From assembly GCA_963712115.1 (NCBI GenBank), contig CAVQGX010000033.1, positions 1-64,000 of the forward strand: a stretch of 64,000 bases of DNA, given 5' to 3'. The notes below the pieces were generated by a model. The model saw nothing but the letters and a program-made list of their open reading frames with translations. It made no database searches and had not been told where the DNA came from. This DNA comes from an uncultured delta proteobacterium (GTDB lineage Bacteria > Desulfobacterota > Syntrophobacteria > BM002). A program made the translations under genes and the position numbers. Of this stretch, positions 40,054 to 49,765 are shown one piece after another (position 1 is the first letter of the stretch; each line of letters opens with the position of its first letter).

Positions 40054-41193
40054 ATGAGCAGCGATTTATCAAAATATCGGCCTGAAAACGTACAAAAACG
40101 ATTTCCAAATTCCAAGGCGCCTCTGGTGAACGGCAAGGTGCTCTACCAGGCGGCCCGAAAAGCAAATGCGATGATCATGGCCGCAAACATCCGCTGCCGC
40201 CTGCCACTGGAGGGTATCATCCGGGCATCTATGGCAACTCAAGCGCCGGTAATTTACGAAATAGCCAAGTCTGAGCTGGGCTACACTGAGTTCGACCCCA
40301 TGCGCTTTGCGGAATTTATCGTCACGGAAAATGATCGGTTGGCAAACACCTCAGTGCCCTTCGCCGTCCATGGAGACCACATCACGGTGAAGAAACCAGA
40401 AGAAAAAAAAGAAGTGGCGGAGCTGGTCGCCGCTGAACTGGAAGCAGGGTTCACCACCTTCGCTATCGATTGCTCTCACATGGAGAACGAGTTGAACCTG
40501 GCCGCCACCCTGGAGTTGGCCCAACCCGTGGTTGCCGCCGGCCTCGGCCTGGAGGTGGAATTGGGGGAAATAGGGGCCAAGAGCGGTACTGCCGAAGGAT
40601 TCACCAGGCCAGATGAAGCTGAGTGGTTCATTTCTGGATTGGAAAAGGGCGGCGTCCACCCGAACCTGCTGGCCATAAATAACGGTTCCATTCACGGCAC
40701 TTACTTCGGCACCACGCAAGAAGGCATCCAGCTTGAACTTACCAAGGATATCTGGGAGGCCATCCAACCCTGGAAGGTTGACATTGCCCAGCACGGCATT
40801 ACCGGGACCTCGCTGGACAAGATCACCCAATTCATTTACCAAGGCATACGCAAGGGTAACGTGGGTACTTTCTGGCAGAACATCAGTTTTGGCCTAGCTA
40901 TGAACCAGAATGGCAACGCCCTCACCACACCTGAAAAACACTATATCAAGCGGTCTTACCGGGGTGTTCCAGATGAGCTCTGGGATAAAATGTGGAAATG
41001 GGCGGAGGACACCGGCAACACCGGGGGCAACATTAAAAAGGCAAACAAAGCTTTTGTTGACCAACTTAATGCTGTGGGAAAAGAATTTAAGGAACGGATT
41101 ACCCTGCAAGCCTATGAGGAGGCCATTCGCCTTTTTGAGGCCACCAATTCCGCAGGGCTGGCTAGGGAAGTCATTGGGTTGCTCACCGGTTAA
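40054..41193 (+). CDS. fba: class II fructose-bisphosphate aldolase
   Basis: VHGDH, EVELGEIG, NGSIHG and QHGITG metal-binding motifs. Confidence 0.9.
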   Translation: MSSDLSKYRPENVQKRFPNSKAPLVNGKVLYQAARKANAMIMAANIRCRLPLEGIIRASMATQAPVIYEIAKSELGYTEFDPMRFAEFIVTENDRLANTSVPFAVHGDHITVKKPEEKKEVAELVAAELEAGFTTFAIDCSHMENELNLAATLELAQPVVAAGLGLEVELGEIGAKSGTAEGFTRPDEAEWFISGLEKGGVHPNLLAINNGSIHGTYFGTTQEGIQLELTKDIWEAIQPWKVDIAQHGITGTSLDKITQFIYQGIRKGNVGTFWQNISFGLAMNQNGNALTTPEKHYIKRSYRGVPDELWDKMWKWAEDTGNTGGNIKKANKAFVDQLNAVGKEFKERITLQAYEEAIRLFEATNSAGLAREVIGLLTG

Positions 41194-41392
41194 CAAATAA
41201 TTGGCTAGAAGTGAGTTGCATGGGGCAATTTGGGATCTCAGATTGCAGATTTTTGATTTAAGATTTCAAGTCGTATGCTTTGTCTATAAATCTACAATCT
41301 CAAATCTTAAATCTCAAATAAAATTCGAAATTCGCAATTCGAAATAATCTCCCCATGCCCCATGCCCAAATGACGGTGGAGAATAATAAATA

Positions 41393-42436
41393 ATGGCAAA
41401 AGTCAGCAAGGCTGCAGAAAAGGAAACGGCGATGGACATGGGTCGGGAAGTTACACTGGAGTTCATTCGAGTCACGGAAGCTGCTGCTCTTAAAGCCAGC
41501 CGCTGGATGGGAAGAGGCGATAAAGAGGCAGCTGACCAGGCAGCAGTGGATGCCATGCGCGGCATGTTAGATCTTGTCAGTATTCGCGGTACCATCATCA
41601 TTGGAGAAGGAGAGAAGGACCAGGCTCCTATGTTGTACATCGGCGAGAAAGTGGGTGGCGGTGGCTTGCGAGATCCAAAGGTGGACATTGCCGTGGACCC
41701 GATTGATGGCACCACCTTAACTTCCAAGGGGCTTCCAAACGCCATCTCAGTAATTGCAGTGGGAAACGAGGGTACTCTTACTTCTTTTCCCTGCCACTAC
41801 GTGAACAAGATCGCTGTGGGCCCCCGGGCCAAAGGAAGCATTGACATAAATGATCCCGTAGAAGCCAACCTGGAGAGGGTGGCCAAGGCCTACAACGCTC
41901 GCACCAGAGACTTGACCGCAATAGTGCTTGATCGTCCCCGTCACTCGGAGATAATAGAGCAGATTCGCGAGACTGGTGCTCGGATCAAGCTTATCAGCGA
42001 CGGTGACGTTGCCGGGGCCATAGCAACTGCCATGGAGGATTCAGGGGTGAACATCCTCTTCGGTATAGGGGGTTCTCCTGAGGCAGTATTGGCCGCTGCC
42101 GCCCTCAAGTGTTTAGGGGGCGAGATGCAGGTTAAGATGTGGCCAAAGAATGATGAGGAGCGAACGAAAATTTTAGACATGGGGTACTCTGAAGGGGATC
42201 TTGCCGAGGTTTACGAAACCGAGGATTTAACCAAGGGAGATAGTATCATATTCTGTGCTACCGGTATTACCGGTGGTGACTTTCTACCAGGGGTTCGGTA
42301 TCGAGGCAATATTGCCATAACCAATTCTGTTGCCATGCGGGTCAAAACTACCACGGTGCGTTATGTGACTGCTTACCACGACCTAGACATCAAGACCATT
42401 CCCTCAAGGGCCGAAGCACGGGAAATAGAGATTTAA
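41393..42436 (+). CDS. glpX: class II fructose-1,6-bisphosphatase
   Basis: RVTEAAA, IGEGEKD, DPIDGT, LDRPRH and DGDV motifs. Confidence 0.96.
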   Translation: MAKVSKAAEKETAMDMGREVTLEFIRVTEAAALKASRWMGRGDKEAADQAAVDAMRGMLDLVSIRGTIIIGEGEKDQAPMLYIGEKVGGGGLRDPKVDIAVDPIDGTTLTSKGLPNAISVIAVGNEGTLTSFPCHYVNKIAVGPRAKGSIDINDPVEANLERVAKAYNARTRDLTAIVLDRPRHSEIIEQIRETGARIKLISDGDVAGAIATAMEDSGVNILFGIGGSPEAVLAAAALKCLGGEMQVKMWPKNDEERTKILDMGYSEGDLAEVYETEDLTKGDSIIFCATGITGGDFLPGVRYRGNIAITNSVAMRVKTTTVRYVTAYHDLDIKTIPSRAEAREIEI

Positions 42437-42597
42437 GAAACAACTAGTCAGGAGTCAGAATCCAGGGATTGTGGCATAGGGCATGGAGCTAGAATATTGC
42501 GGATTGCGGATTTCGGATTTTCAAATTACCAGGCGTGACCTCCGACCTCTGATGTCTGACTTCTGACCTCTCATCGCCGTCTCGCCCTTTCTCCGCG

Positions 42598-42638
42598 CCT
42601 GCCCGCCATCGGCTTCGCCTTCAGGCGAGGCGGGCGGG
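42598..42638. repeat. family F REP-like hairpin
   Basis: CCTGCCCGCC...GGCGGGCGGG. Confidence 0.6.
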
Positions 42639-42737
42639 TCCCCGCTTCGCTCCGCCTTGCCTAGTATCAATAGTCCCTCTGAGGACTCGAGAGACCCCGA
42701 GTTCACAGAGGGGGAACGGGCGAGAAATGCTTTTTCC

Positions 42738-42923
42738 TTACTCGAGGACGATCTTGTGATTGACCAGTGACATGCTCTTCAATTTGGCATCCAGCACCTT
42801 CTGCTCCCCGAAGATGTTTGCCAAGCGAATCTTTCCCTCTTCAGCTTGCTCCAAAATGTCCACAGCCTCCAGTATCAACTCCTCTTTCCCTTCCTTGAGC
42901 AAATAGGCGTTGGCTTCACACAT
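42738..42923 (-). CDS. cooT: CooT family nickel-binding protein
   Basis: MCEANAY...IFGEQK...LVNHKIVL with Cys2 and C-terminal His; SD AGGAGG. Confidence 0.88.
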   Translation of the reverse strand: MCEANAYLLKEGKEELILEAVDILEQAEEGKIRLANIFGEQKVLDAKLKSMSLVNHKIVLE

Positions 42924-43103
42924 GATGTTCACCTCCTGAAACCACTAAAATTATTATTTCACCCCGGAGTCTCACGGAGTTAGACCGAATTAGCAGAATG
43001 CTCTCTTTCGCTTCTTGCACTTTATGGAGCGAAATCAAATTACGCGCACATCTTCCTATCTTTCCAGTGATCTTCCGTGTCTCTCCGTGGTGAACTTTTA
43101 CAT

Positions 43104-43208
43104 AAAATAGGGCCACGACAACCCTTTTGCGCTGTGGCCTTCGTGACCCCTAGGGAAAGACCTTCTCGATCTTTTTTTCAATTTACCATTGAGCAACTCC
43201 TTTGACAA
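43104..43208 (-). promoter_or_regulatory. cooT promoter and structured leader
   Basis: TTGTCA-17 nt-TAAATT, then GGTCACGAAGGCCAC...TCGTGGCC-CTATTTT. Confidence 0.5.
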
Positions 43209-43319
43209 GAAAGAAGTCTTCTTGAATGGGGGATTGCGGAACTTGGAATGCGGATTTTGGCTTTGTCTGTCAGTTCCCCGTTACTAATTGACACCGAAAT
43301 CCGAAATCCGAAATCTCCC

Positions 43320-46055
43320 CTACTGGGCATGCATTCTTTGCTTTTGCTCTGAAGGAATAATTGCTTCCACCGGCTTTTCTGGAATGGCGCTCACAAGTAG
43401 ATGGTATTGAAAGAGCCTCCGGGCGACTTTGAGAACATCCTCTGCACTTACCTGTTCAACAAGCTTTGGGTAGCGAGCGTCCCAATCGTATCCCAATCCC
43501 AATGCCTCGTTTACTGCCGCACTACGGGCCTGAGCGGTATTGGTCTCCAAACTCATCTCATGCATTGTGACAACCATGTCTCTTGCAGCTGCCAATTCTT
43601 CACTGGTCAGCGGCTGTTGCTGAATCTTTTGCAGCTTCGCCAAAATTATCTCCACCACCTTTTCATAGTTGGCCATAGTGGTCTGGGTGATAATCCCAAA
43701 ATGACCACCATCAATGCCAGCACTAGGGAAGGCGTGAATAACGTAAACTAAACTCCGATTCCCTCCCCTCAAGGCCTCATGCAACCATCCGCTGGGGTAG
43801 CCGATACCAGACAAAACCGCGTCGATTACATCTAGTGTCGGCCTCTCGGGATCCTCCAAAGTAATGCCATTGGTGCCCAGATAAATGGCAGCTGAGACTT
43901 TGTCTGTCTTTTTCTTAATGCGCTCACTGCGAGTGAGGGGCGCTACCGTTTTACTGATGACAGGTTCAGCTACCTTTCCTGTCCTCCATTTGCCGAGGGC
44001 AGACATTACCTCTGTCACCATCTTGTCTGGATCAATATCACCGAAAATTGCCAGCACCGCATTGTTGGGCATGACCATTTGCTGGTAGAAGTTCATGATG
44101 TCCATGCGGCTCATTTTATTGATCGCCTCTTCAGTGCCAATGATGTCATTTCGATAGGGATGATGCTGATAGTATTGTCTGCGGAAAACCCGTGCTACTT
44201 CATTTTCCCAACTCTCATCAAGACGGCGGATAGCCAGTAGAGTATCAGTCCGTTGCTTTTCGATTTCTTTTTCCGGAAAGCTGGGGTTCTGCAGCACATC
44301 TGCCAGCAATTCCAGTCCCATGTCAGCGTCATCCTTGAGTACCGATAGTGAAACATAGTAGGTATTCCGTCCTGAGCCCGAGTCCAGACTCCCGCCTAAG
44401 CTTTCTATGGTTGCAGCGATATCGCCCTTACTTCTGCTACCAGTCCCTTTGGTTAACAGTTCCATGGTGAAAGTGCTGATGCCCTCCAGGTCTTCTGGCT
44501 CGAACCTTTGTCCCCCGAGGCCGAATACCTGGTAGTGGACAATTGGCACTGAGGGGTTGCGTTTCAACAGCAAGGTCAATCCGTTGTCGAGAGTAACCTT
44601 GCTGATTTTTGTCGCCGTCCTCTGGAGGGTAGCTTCCGCCCTTTCTGCTGGTTTTCGCGGTGGAGACAGAATAGAGACGGTACTAGCCTCCTGGCGCAGG
44701 TAAGTACGGGCCACCCGCCGGATGTCTTCTCGGCTAACTGCCTTGATCCTCTCTACATAAAGACTGTCGAAATAGGGGTCGCCTGTTGCAGCATAGGAAC
44801 TCGCAAGACTGGAGGCCATCCCTGCAGCAGATTGCTTGGAAAAAGTGAAGTCAGCAATAATCTGACGCTTGGCCTTTTCCAACTCGCCTTTTTTCACCAG
44901 GTTTTTCTTTATTAGAGCGACCTCATCCCAGACTGCTGCCAGAGTTGGTTCGAGTTTCTCACCATCTAGGGTGAAAGAAAAGTTAAAGAGCCCAGGTGCA
45001 TAAGATGGGGTCCAACTGGAAGCACTCACTGAGAGCACCAAATCCTCTCGATCCTTGAGCCCAAGGTAGAGTCTGCTGGTTCGCCCCTGACCCAGGATAA
45101 TTGCCATAACATCTAGGGGATAAAGATCTGTATGACTCAGAGGGACCGTATGGAAACCAATGATCATGGATGTTAATCTGGCGGGAGGAAATGACTTTTC
45201 TGCCCATCTCGGTGTTGTCTGAGTTTGCTCCGTCTGGAGCACTATTGGTGGATCGAAGGTCCGCAATATGTTCTTGCTCAGCTCCAGCACCGTTTTCAAA
45301 GCTTCCGCAGTCTGCACATCGCCAACAATGGTTACTACCATGTTCTGCGGAGTGTAGCGCTGCCGGTAGTAGTCCAGGAGGTCATCACGACTGATGGTCA
45401 CGAACACGTCCTCGTAACCAATTACTGGATGCCGAATAGGATGCTCGAGATAGGCGGTCTGGGAAAATAACTTCCACAACTGCCGGCCTCCATCGGTCTC
45501 CCCCAGTTTATATTCCTGTTGAATTACTGCTTTTTCCCTTTTAACCTCCTTAGGATCCAACAGAGATTCAGATACGTAGGAAAAAAGCAGTTTTAGGGCT
45601 TCTCGGTAATGTTCTCCAGTGGTGTCGATAAAGTAGACGGTTCGGTCGTAGCTGGTGTAGGCATTGCTGGCACCGCCCAGCGACTTTAGCATTTTCTGGG
45701 CTTCCACTTCAGTGAACGATCTGGTGCTGCCACCTGAAACCACGTGTTCGAGATAATGAGAGAGGCCAGCAAAAGAATACTTGCCTTCATAGATAGAGCC
45801 CGCCTTTACCAGTATCTGAGTGGAAACGACCCGGGAAGCATGATTTTCTCGGATAAGGATGGTCATGCCGTTTCGCAGTTGCACAAAGGTATCGCCCGGT
45901 TTTGACGGCAGCACCTTACTCACTCGCGCAACCATGTCTTGCGGTAGAGCCAAGGCCTCGATATCGACCAGCTGCAAGTCGTCATTCTGAGCGAAAATCG
46001 GGGTGACCAGCGCCAGTATCAATACGGAACACCAAATAAGTATTGCTTTCCTCAT
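43320..46055 (-). CDS. M16 (pitrilysin) zinc peptidase, secreted
   Basis: Signal peptide, HYLEH inverted zincin motif, SNAYTS, duplicated C-terminal half. Confidence 0.92.
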   Translation of the reverse strand: MRKAILIWCSVLILALVTPIFAQNDDLQLVDIEALALPQDMVARVSKVLPSKPGDTFVQLRNGMTILIRENHASRVVSTQILVKAGSIYEGKYSFAGLSHYLEHVVSGGSTRSFTEVEAQKMLKSLGGASNAYTSYDRTVYFIDTTGEHYREALKLLFSYVSESLLDPKEVKREKAVIQQEYKLGETDGGRQLWKLFSQTAYLEHPIRHPVIGYEDVFVTISRDDLLDYYRQRYTPQNMVVTIVGDVQTAEALKTVLELSKNILRTFDPPIVLQTEQTQTTPRWAEKSFPPARLTSMIIGFHTVPLSHTDLYPLDVMAIILGQGRTSRLYLGLKDREDLVLSVSASSWTPSYAPGLFNFSFTLDGEKLEPTLAAVWDEVALIKKNLVKKGELEKAKRQIIADFTFSKQSAAGMASSLASSYAATGDPYFDSLYVERIKAVSREDIRRVARTYLRQEASTVSILSPPRKPAERAEATLQRTATKISKVTLDNGLTLLLKRNPSVPIVHYQVFGLGGQRFEPEDLEGISTFTMELLTKGTGSRSKGDIAATIESLGGSLDSGSGRNTYYVSLSVLKDDADMGLELLADVLQNPSFPEKEIEKQRTDTLLAIRRLDESWENEVARVFRRQYYQHHPYRNDIIGTEEAINKMSRMDIMNFYQQMVMPNNAVLAIFGDIDPDKMVTEVMSALGKWRTGKVAEPVISKTVAPLTRSERIKKKTDKVSAAIYLGTNGITLEDPERPTLDVIDAVLSGIGYPSGWLHEALRGGNRSLVYVIHAFPSAGIDGGHFGIITQTTMANYEKVVEIILAKLQKIQQQPLTSEELAAARDMVVTMHEMSLETNTAQARSAAVNEALGLGYDWDARYPKLVEQVSAEDVLKVARRLFQYHLLVSAIPEKPVEAIIPSEQKQRMHAQ

Positions 46056-46347
46056 GTTCTAAAGTCTCCTATGCTAGCGCATGGCGTAAAAGAAAATTAG
46101 CCAGCGGTCAGAATCCATAATTCAGGAGAAAATATCAAAAACAATAATTACAATCTCCTGGCTACTGACTTCTAGCTCCTGTATTCTTCAAGCTTGTGTC
46201 TTACGCCTTGGACCGTAATAGTTATGAATGCTAGGTTGCACTGCATACTGCCTTACTATTTCAGTTTAGGCTTTGCATTAACAAACGCTGTGTGCTCAAA
46301 TAGTAATCACCCTTCCCTGCAGCGTCTAGCGTAAAATTTTTATAGAG

Positions 46348-46794
46348 GTGCAGCCTTTGCCTAATTCAGAGCAGATGAAAAAGGCAAAATTTCAAGATGT
46401 GGTCACCGTCTTTCTCACCTGGGGCGGTAAAGTCTTGGTGCTCAAAAGAAGCGGAAAGGTAGGTACCTACAAAGGTCATTGGGCCGGGATTAGCGGCTAT
46501 TTGGAAAGTGAAGATCCTCTGAGGCAGGCATATGAGGAAATGGTCGAAGAGGTGGGCCTTGGCAAGGAAGACGTCTCCTTAGTGAAGATGGGCAAGCCCC
46601 TTGAGATCTTTGATCCGGTTCGGGAGCGCGCCTGGCGGGTTCATCCTTTCCTTTTTGTTGTCCATAACCCTGATAAAATCAGACTGGACTGGGAGAACCT
46701 CGAAATGCGCTGGATCCTTCCTGAAGAAATTGTCCAACTCCAGACCGTCCCGGCGCTAAAAGAAACATTAGATAGGGTAATTGGGGATGGCTAG
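46348..46794 (+). CDS. NUDIX hydrolase
   Basis: LVLKRS and Nudix-like box SGYLE...AYEEMVEEVGL. Confidence 0.85.
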   Translation: MQPLPNSEQMKKAKFQDVVTVFLTWGGKVLVLKRSGKVGTYKGHWAGISGYLESEDPLRQAYEEMVEEVGLGKEDVSLVKMGKPLEIFDPVRERAWRVHPFLFVVHNPDKIRLDWENLEMRWILPEEIVQLQTVPALKETLDRVIGDG

Positions 46795-47041
46795 GGATTA
46801 AGCAATGGACCAGGTAAACAGCGACGATTGCCCTCTGGAGTAATGGAGCCTATGAAATCCCAAACTCCAAGCACCAAATTACAAACAAATTTCAAATTCC
46901 AATACCAAATGACCGAAACAGGTTTGAAATTTTGAATTTTGGTCATTGTTATTTGTTTGTGATTTGTGATTTGGAATTTTTGGTAAATCTAGTACTCCAT
47001 TACTCCAGCTTGCGTCTCTTTGTGGATCAAAACGCTCTTCT

Positions 47042-47965
47042 GTGCCTATGAACTGGGTTGAGAAAAAGATTGATGCTATGGCGAGGGATCGGAGTCACGG
47101 TGCCGCCCAATTGGCAAGTTCTGCCATTAAAATTCTCGTAAGTGTGTGCAAACGTTGCAGTGGAAAAGATTTAGGGCAACTCGCTTCTGCAGTCAGACAA
47201 ACCGCACTATCTCTTGCAAAGGTGCGCCCTTCTATGGCACCCATCCGCAATTGGAGCTTGGTCTTTTCCCATCGCTTCCACGAGAAAATCAACGACACCA
47301 CTTCTCTCTCGGAAGGGCAACAACAAGGAGTAATGTTAGGAGAAGAATTATTGGCAGAGCAGCAAAGATTCGTCGAACTCCAGGTTAAGGCTGCCCGAGC
47401 CATACTCAAAAACTGTAAGTCCTTGGTAACCCTAAGTTATTCCTCCACGGTAGAATCAATCCTGAGGTACTGCCTACCATCCAGTTGTCGGATTGTCATC
47501 GCTGAGTCCCGTCCTTTGATGGAGGGACGTCGTTTATTCAAAAACCTAGAGCACATTTTCACCGACCTCCGTGTGATTACCGATGCCCAAATGGGACTAG
47601 CCATCCCAAAGACAGACCTGGTGCTGGTGGGGGCTGATACGATCCTAGCTGATTTAGCCGTGGTCAATAAGACTGGCACCTATCTGTCCGCTCTAGTTTC
47701 TCACACTCACAGTCGCGATTTTTTTGTGGCCGCTGACACTTACAAAATCAATGCTGCCATGGATTCCGGCAATTGCGTGCTGGAATCCAAATCCGGTAGA
47801 GAGTTGTGGCCAAACCATGAAAAACACTGCGACAACGTGTACTTTGACATTACCCCTGCTAAGCTTATTTCAGGTTTTGTTACCGAGGAAGGCATTCTTG
47901 ATGTGGCAGGCATGAAACCACACGTCCAAAAATGGCAGCGGTTGTCACAGGATTTTGACATTTGA
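47042..47965 (+). CDS. eIF-2B/MtnA/R15Pi family protein
   Basis: DRSHGA, RPSMA, ESRP..EG, VGAD, NKTGT, FDITP and TEEG motifs. Confidence 0.85.
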   Translation: MPMNWVEKKIDAMARDRSHGAAQLASSAIKILVSVCKRCSGKDLGQLASAVRQTALSLAKVRPSMAPIRNWSLVFSHRFHEKINDTTSLSEGQQQGVMLGEELLAEQQRFVELQVKAARAILKNCKSLVTLSYSSTVESILRYCLPSSCRIVIAESRPLMEGRRLFKNLEHIFTDLRVITDAQMGLAIPKTDLVLVGADTILADLAVVNKTGTYLSALVSHTHSRDFFVAADTYKINAAMDSGNCVLESKSGRELWPNHEKHCDNVYFDITPAKLISGFVTEEGILDVAGMKPHVQKWQRLSQDFDI

Positions 47966-48200
47966 GGTAGTTCTAGTTAAAGAGATTGATTTGAGGATTC
48001 ACAACTGTAACAGAGCCAATTAAATCCTAAATCCCAATATCTAAATCCTAAACAAATTCAAATTTCCAAAATTCGAATGACCAAAACCTACTGTGACTGA
48101 ATTTAGCTTTCTGTCGTTTGGAGAATTGGAGCATTTGAATTTCGTATTTGTTTCGTGTTTCGGATTTAGGATTTCGAATTTACCTGCGGCTTCGCAGGGC

Positions 48201-48383
48201 TAGCCCACATTCTTTACGAAACGTTGTCACGAGACCGTAAAGATGGTCGTGCTACCGGGCACCCGCAGGGTTTCGCAGCCGAGACGTACTTGACCGTACG
48301 TCGCAGGGTTCGAGACCCGAGGACGACCGGAAGGACGGCCATATCTGGGGTCGCAGTAGACGGTTCGTGAGGAATGGGGGCTA
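48201..48383 (+). mobile_element. family A element, diverged
   Basis: TAGCCCACATTC ... GAATGGGGGCTA with core gagacgtac..gtacgtcgcaggg; the right end overlaps the TAG of the convergent gene. Confidence 0.65.
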
Positions 48384-49190
48384 AGAACTCGAGGAAGGAT
48401 CTAAAGGATAGGCTTGCGGGGCTGCTTCTTCATTCACCAGTTCGCTAACAGCCACATTTTCGGCCTGGACAGTTGAGTCCAAGATGAGCTGCTCCTCTTG
48501 GTCATAGACCAAGATGCGGAAAGCCTCGGAATGGGAGAATGGAAAGGCAAATTTCCCGTTGACATATTTGAAATACCTTATACTGAACCCCACCGATTTT
48601 CTCAATTTGACCGGCATACCATCTTCCAATCTCATACTGGGAAATGAGACGAATCGCGGCTGGTGCGGTGGCCTGAGAGAAGCAACTATGGCCACATTTC
48701 CGACTATGGGTTCACCAATAAGGTTTACCAATTTAAAGCTAAAGTCAAAACCTTCCCTATCATCAGCCAGGTGGATTACTTTGGCATCTTCAACCTTGGC
48801 TACAGGTTGCCCATCGGTTTCTCTTTCGCCACCAATCTGGATCTGAGACTCTCTCGCCTCTGAACTTGTCTCATCCTTCTCCTCAACCGGGGTAACCTCC
48901 ACTGGTGGCCTGGCTGCAGTTTCTGCTATCGCTTGTGCAGGATCCTCTCCACCCTGCCTTTCCGACCGTTCTTCGAACTTGGTCATTAGCTGCTCGAGAA
49001 GGGCTATCCTGCCTTCCAGCCTTTGGCTTTCTTCTCGTTCTTGAAAATAGGCTTGTGCAAAAAAAATGCAGCTCACCACCAAGACTATCAACATGGCCAG
49101 TGGCAAGTAAACAACGCGACGATCCAGATTGAAGGTACGGGTCTTGCCCTTGTGTCTGGAAAATATTGTTATCGAGTAGTCACTTTCCAT
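48381..49190 (-). CDS. hypothetical membrane-anchored protein
   Basis: N-terminal TM, coiled coil and beta-rich C-terminal domain; downstream of bactofilin. Confidence 0.7.
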   Translation of the reverse strand: MESDYSITIFSRHKGKTRTFNLDRRVVYLPLAMLIVLVVSCIFFAQAYFQEREESQRLEGRIALLEQLMTKFEERSERQGGEDPAQAIAETAARPPVEVTPVEEKDETSSEARESQIQIGGERETDGQPVAKVEDAKVIHLADDREGFDFSFKLVNLIGEPIVGNVAIVASLRPPHQPRFVSFPSMRLEDGMPVKLRKSVGFSIRYFKYVNGKFAFPFSHSEAFRILVYDQEEQLILDSTVQAENVAVSELVNEEAAPQAYPLDPSSSS

Positions 49191-49306
49191 GGGCTTTTCT
49201 GGTATGGGCAAGTAGCTGCTGGACCAGGTACATCTAACAGCCACACCGGTAGCGAAAGAATAATAACCCTTTCTAGATTGATAAACTGCTCTATTTGGAG
49301 CTTAAT

Positions 49307-49765
49307 TCACGCCTGGGGTAGGCTTTCGATGGGATCAGAAGGGGATTGGATGTTGGCCTGATCGCTTTTTTTCGCAGACAAGCCACTTTCCAACTGCTTA
49401 TAAGCGGTTTCCGTTGCCTCCATCATTTTGAACGAACCGTCCACCATTCCACCCTCAGCAACGGTGATCGTTGTTGCCTCAATATCTCCGGTCACCCGCC
49501 CCGTGGGAGTGATTTCCAATCGGCTCCTAGCGTTAATATTGCCAACAACCTGACCGCCCACTACAATGGAGTCGGCGTAAATATCAGCCTCCACCTTGCC
49601 TTCGCGGCCTACTACAACCTCACCTTTGGCCTCGATTCTCCCTCTAATGCTGCCCTCGACACAAACACTTCGGTCACTCTGGATTGACCCTTCGAAAAAA
49701 GTGTTCGGACCGATAAGGGTATCCAAGGACAAATCTTTCCCTTTTTTATTCTTATTAAGTTTCAT
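49307..49765 (-). CDS. bactofilin (polymer-forming cytoskeletal protein)
   Basis: TLIG..FEG..V.G.I.G beta-helix repeats; follows the M23 peptidase. Confidence 0.9.
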   Translation of the reverse strand: MKLNKNKKGKDLSLDTLIGPNTFFEGSIQSDRSVCVEGSIRGRIEAKGEVVVGREGKVEADIYADSIVVGGQVVGNINARSRLEITPTGRVTGDIEATTITVAEGGMVDGSFKMMEATETAYKQLESGLSAKKSDQANIQSPSDPIESLPQA

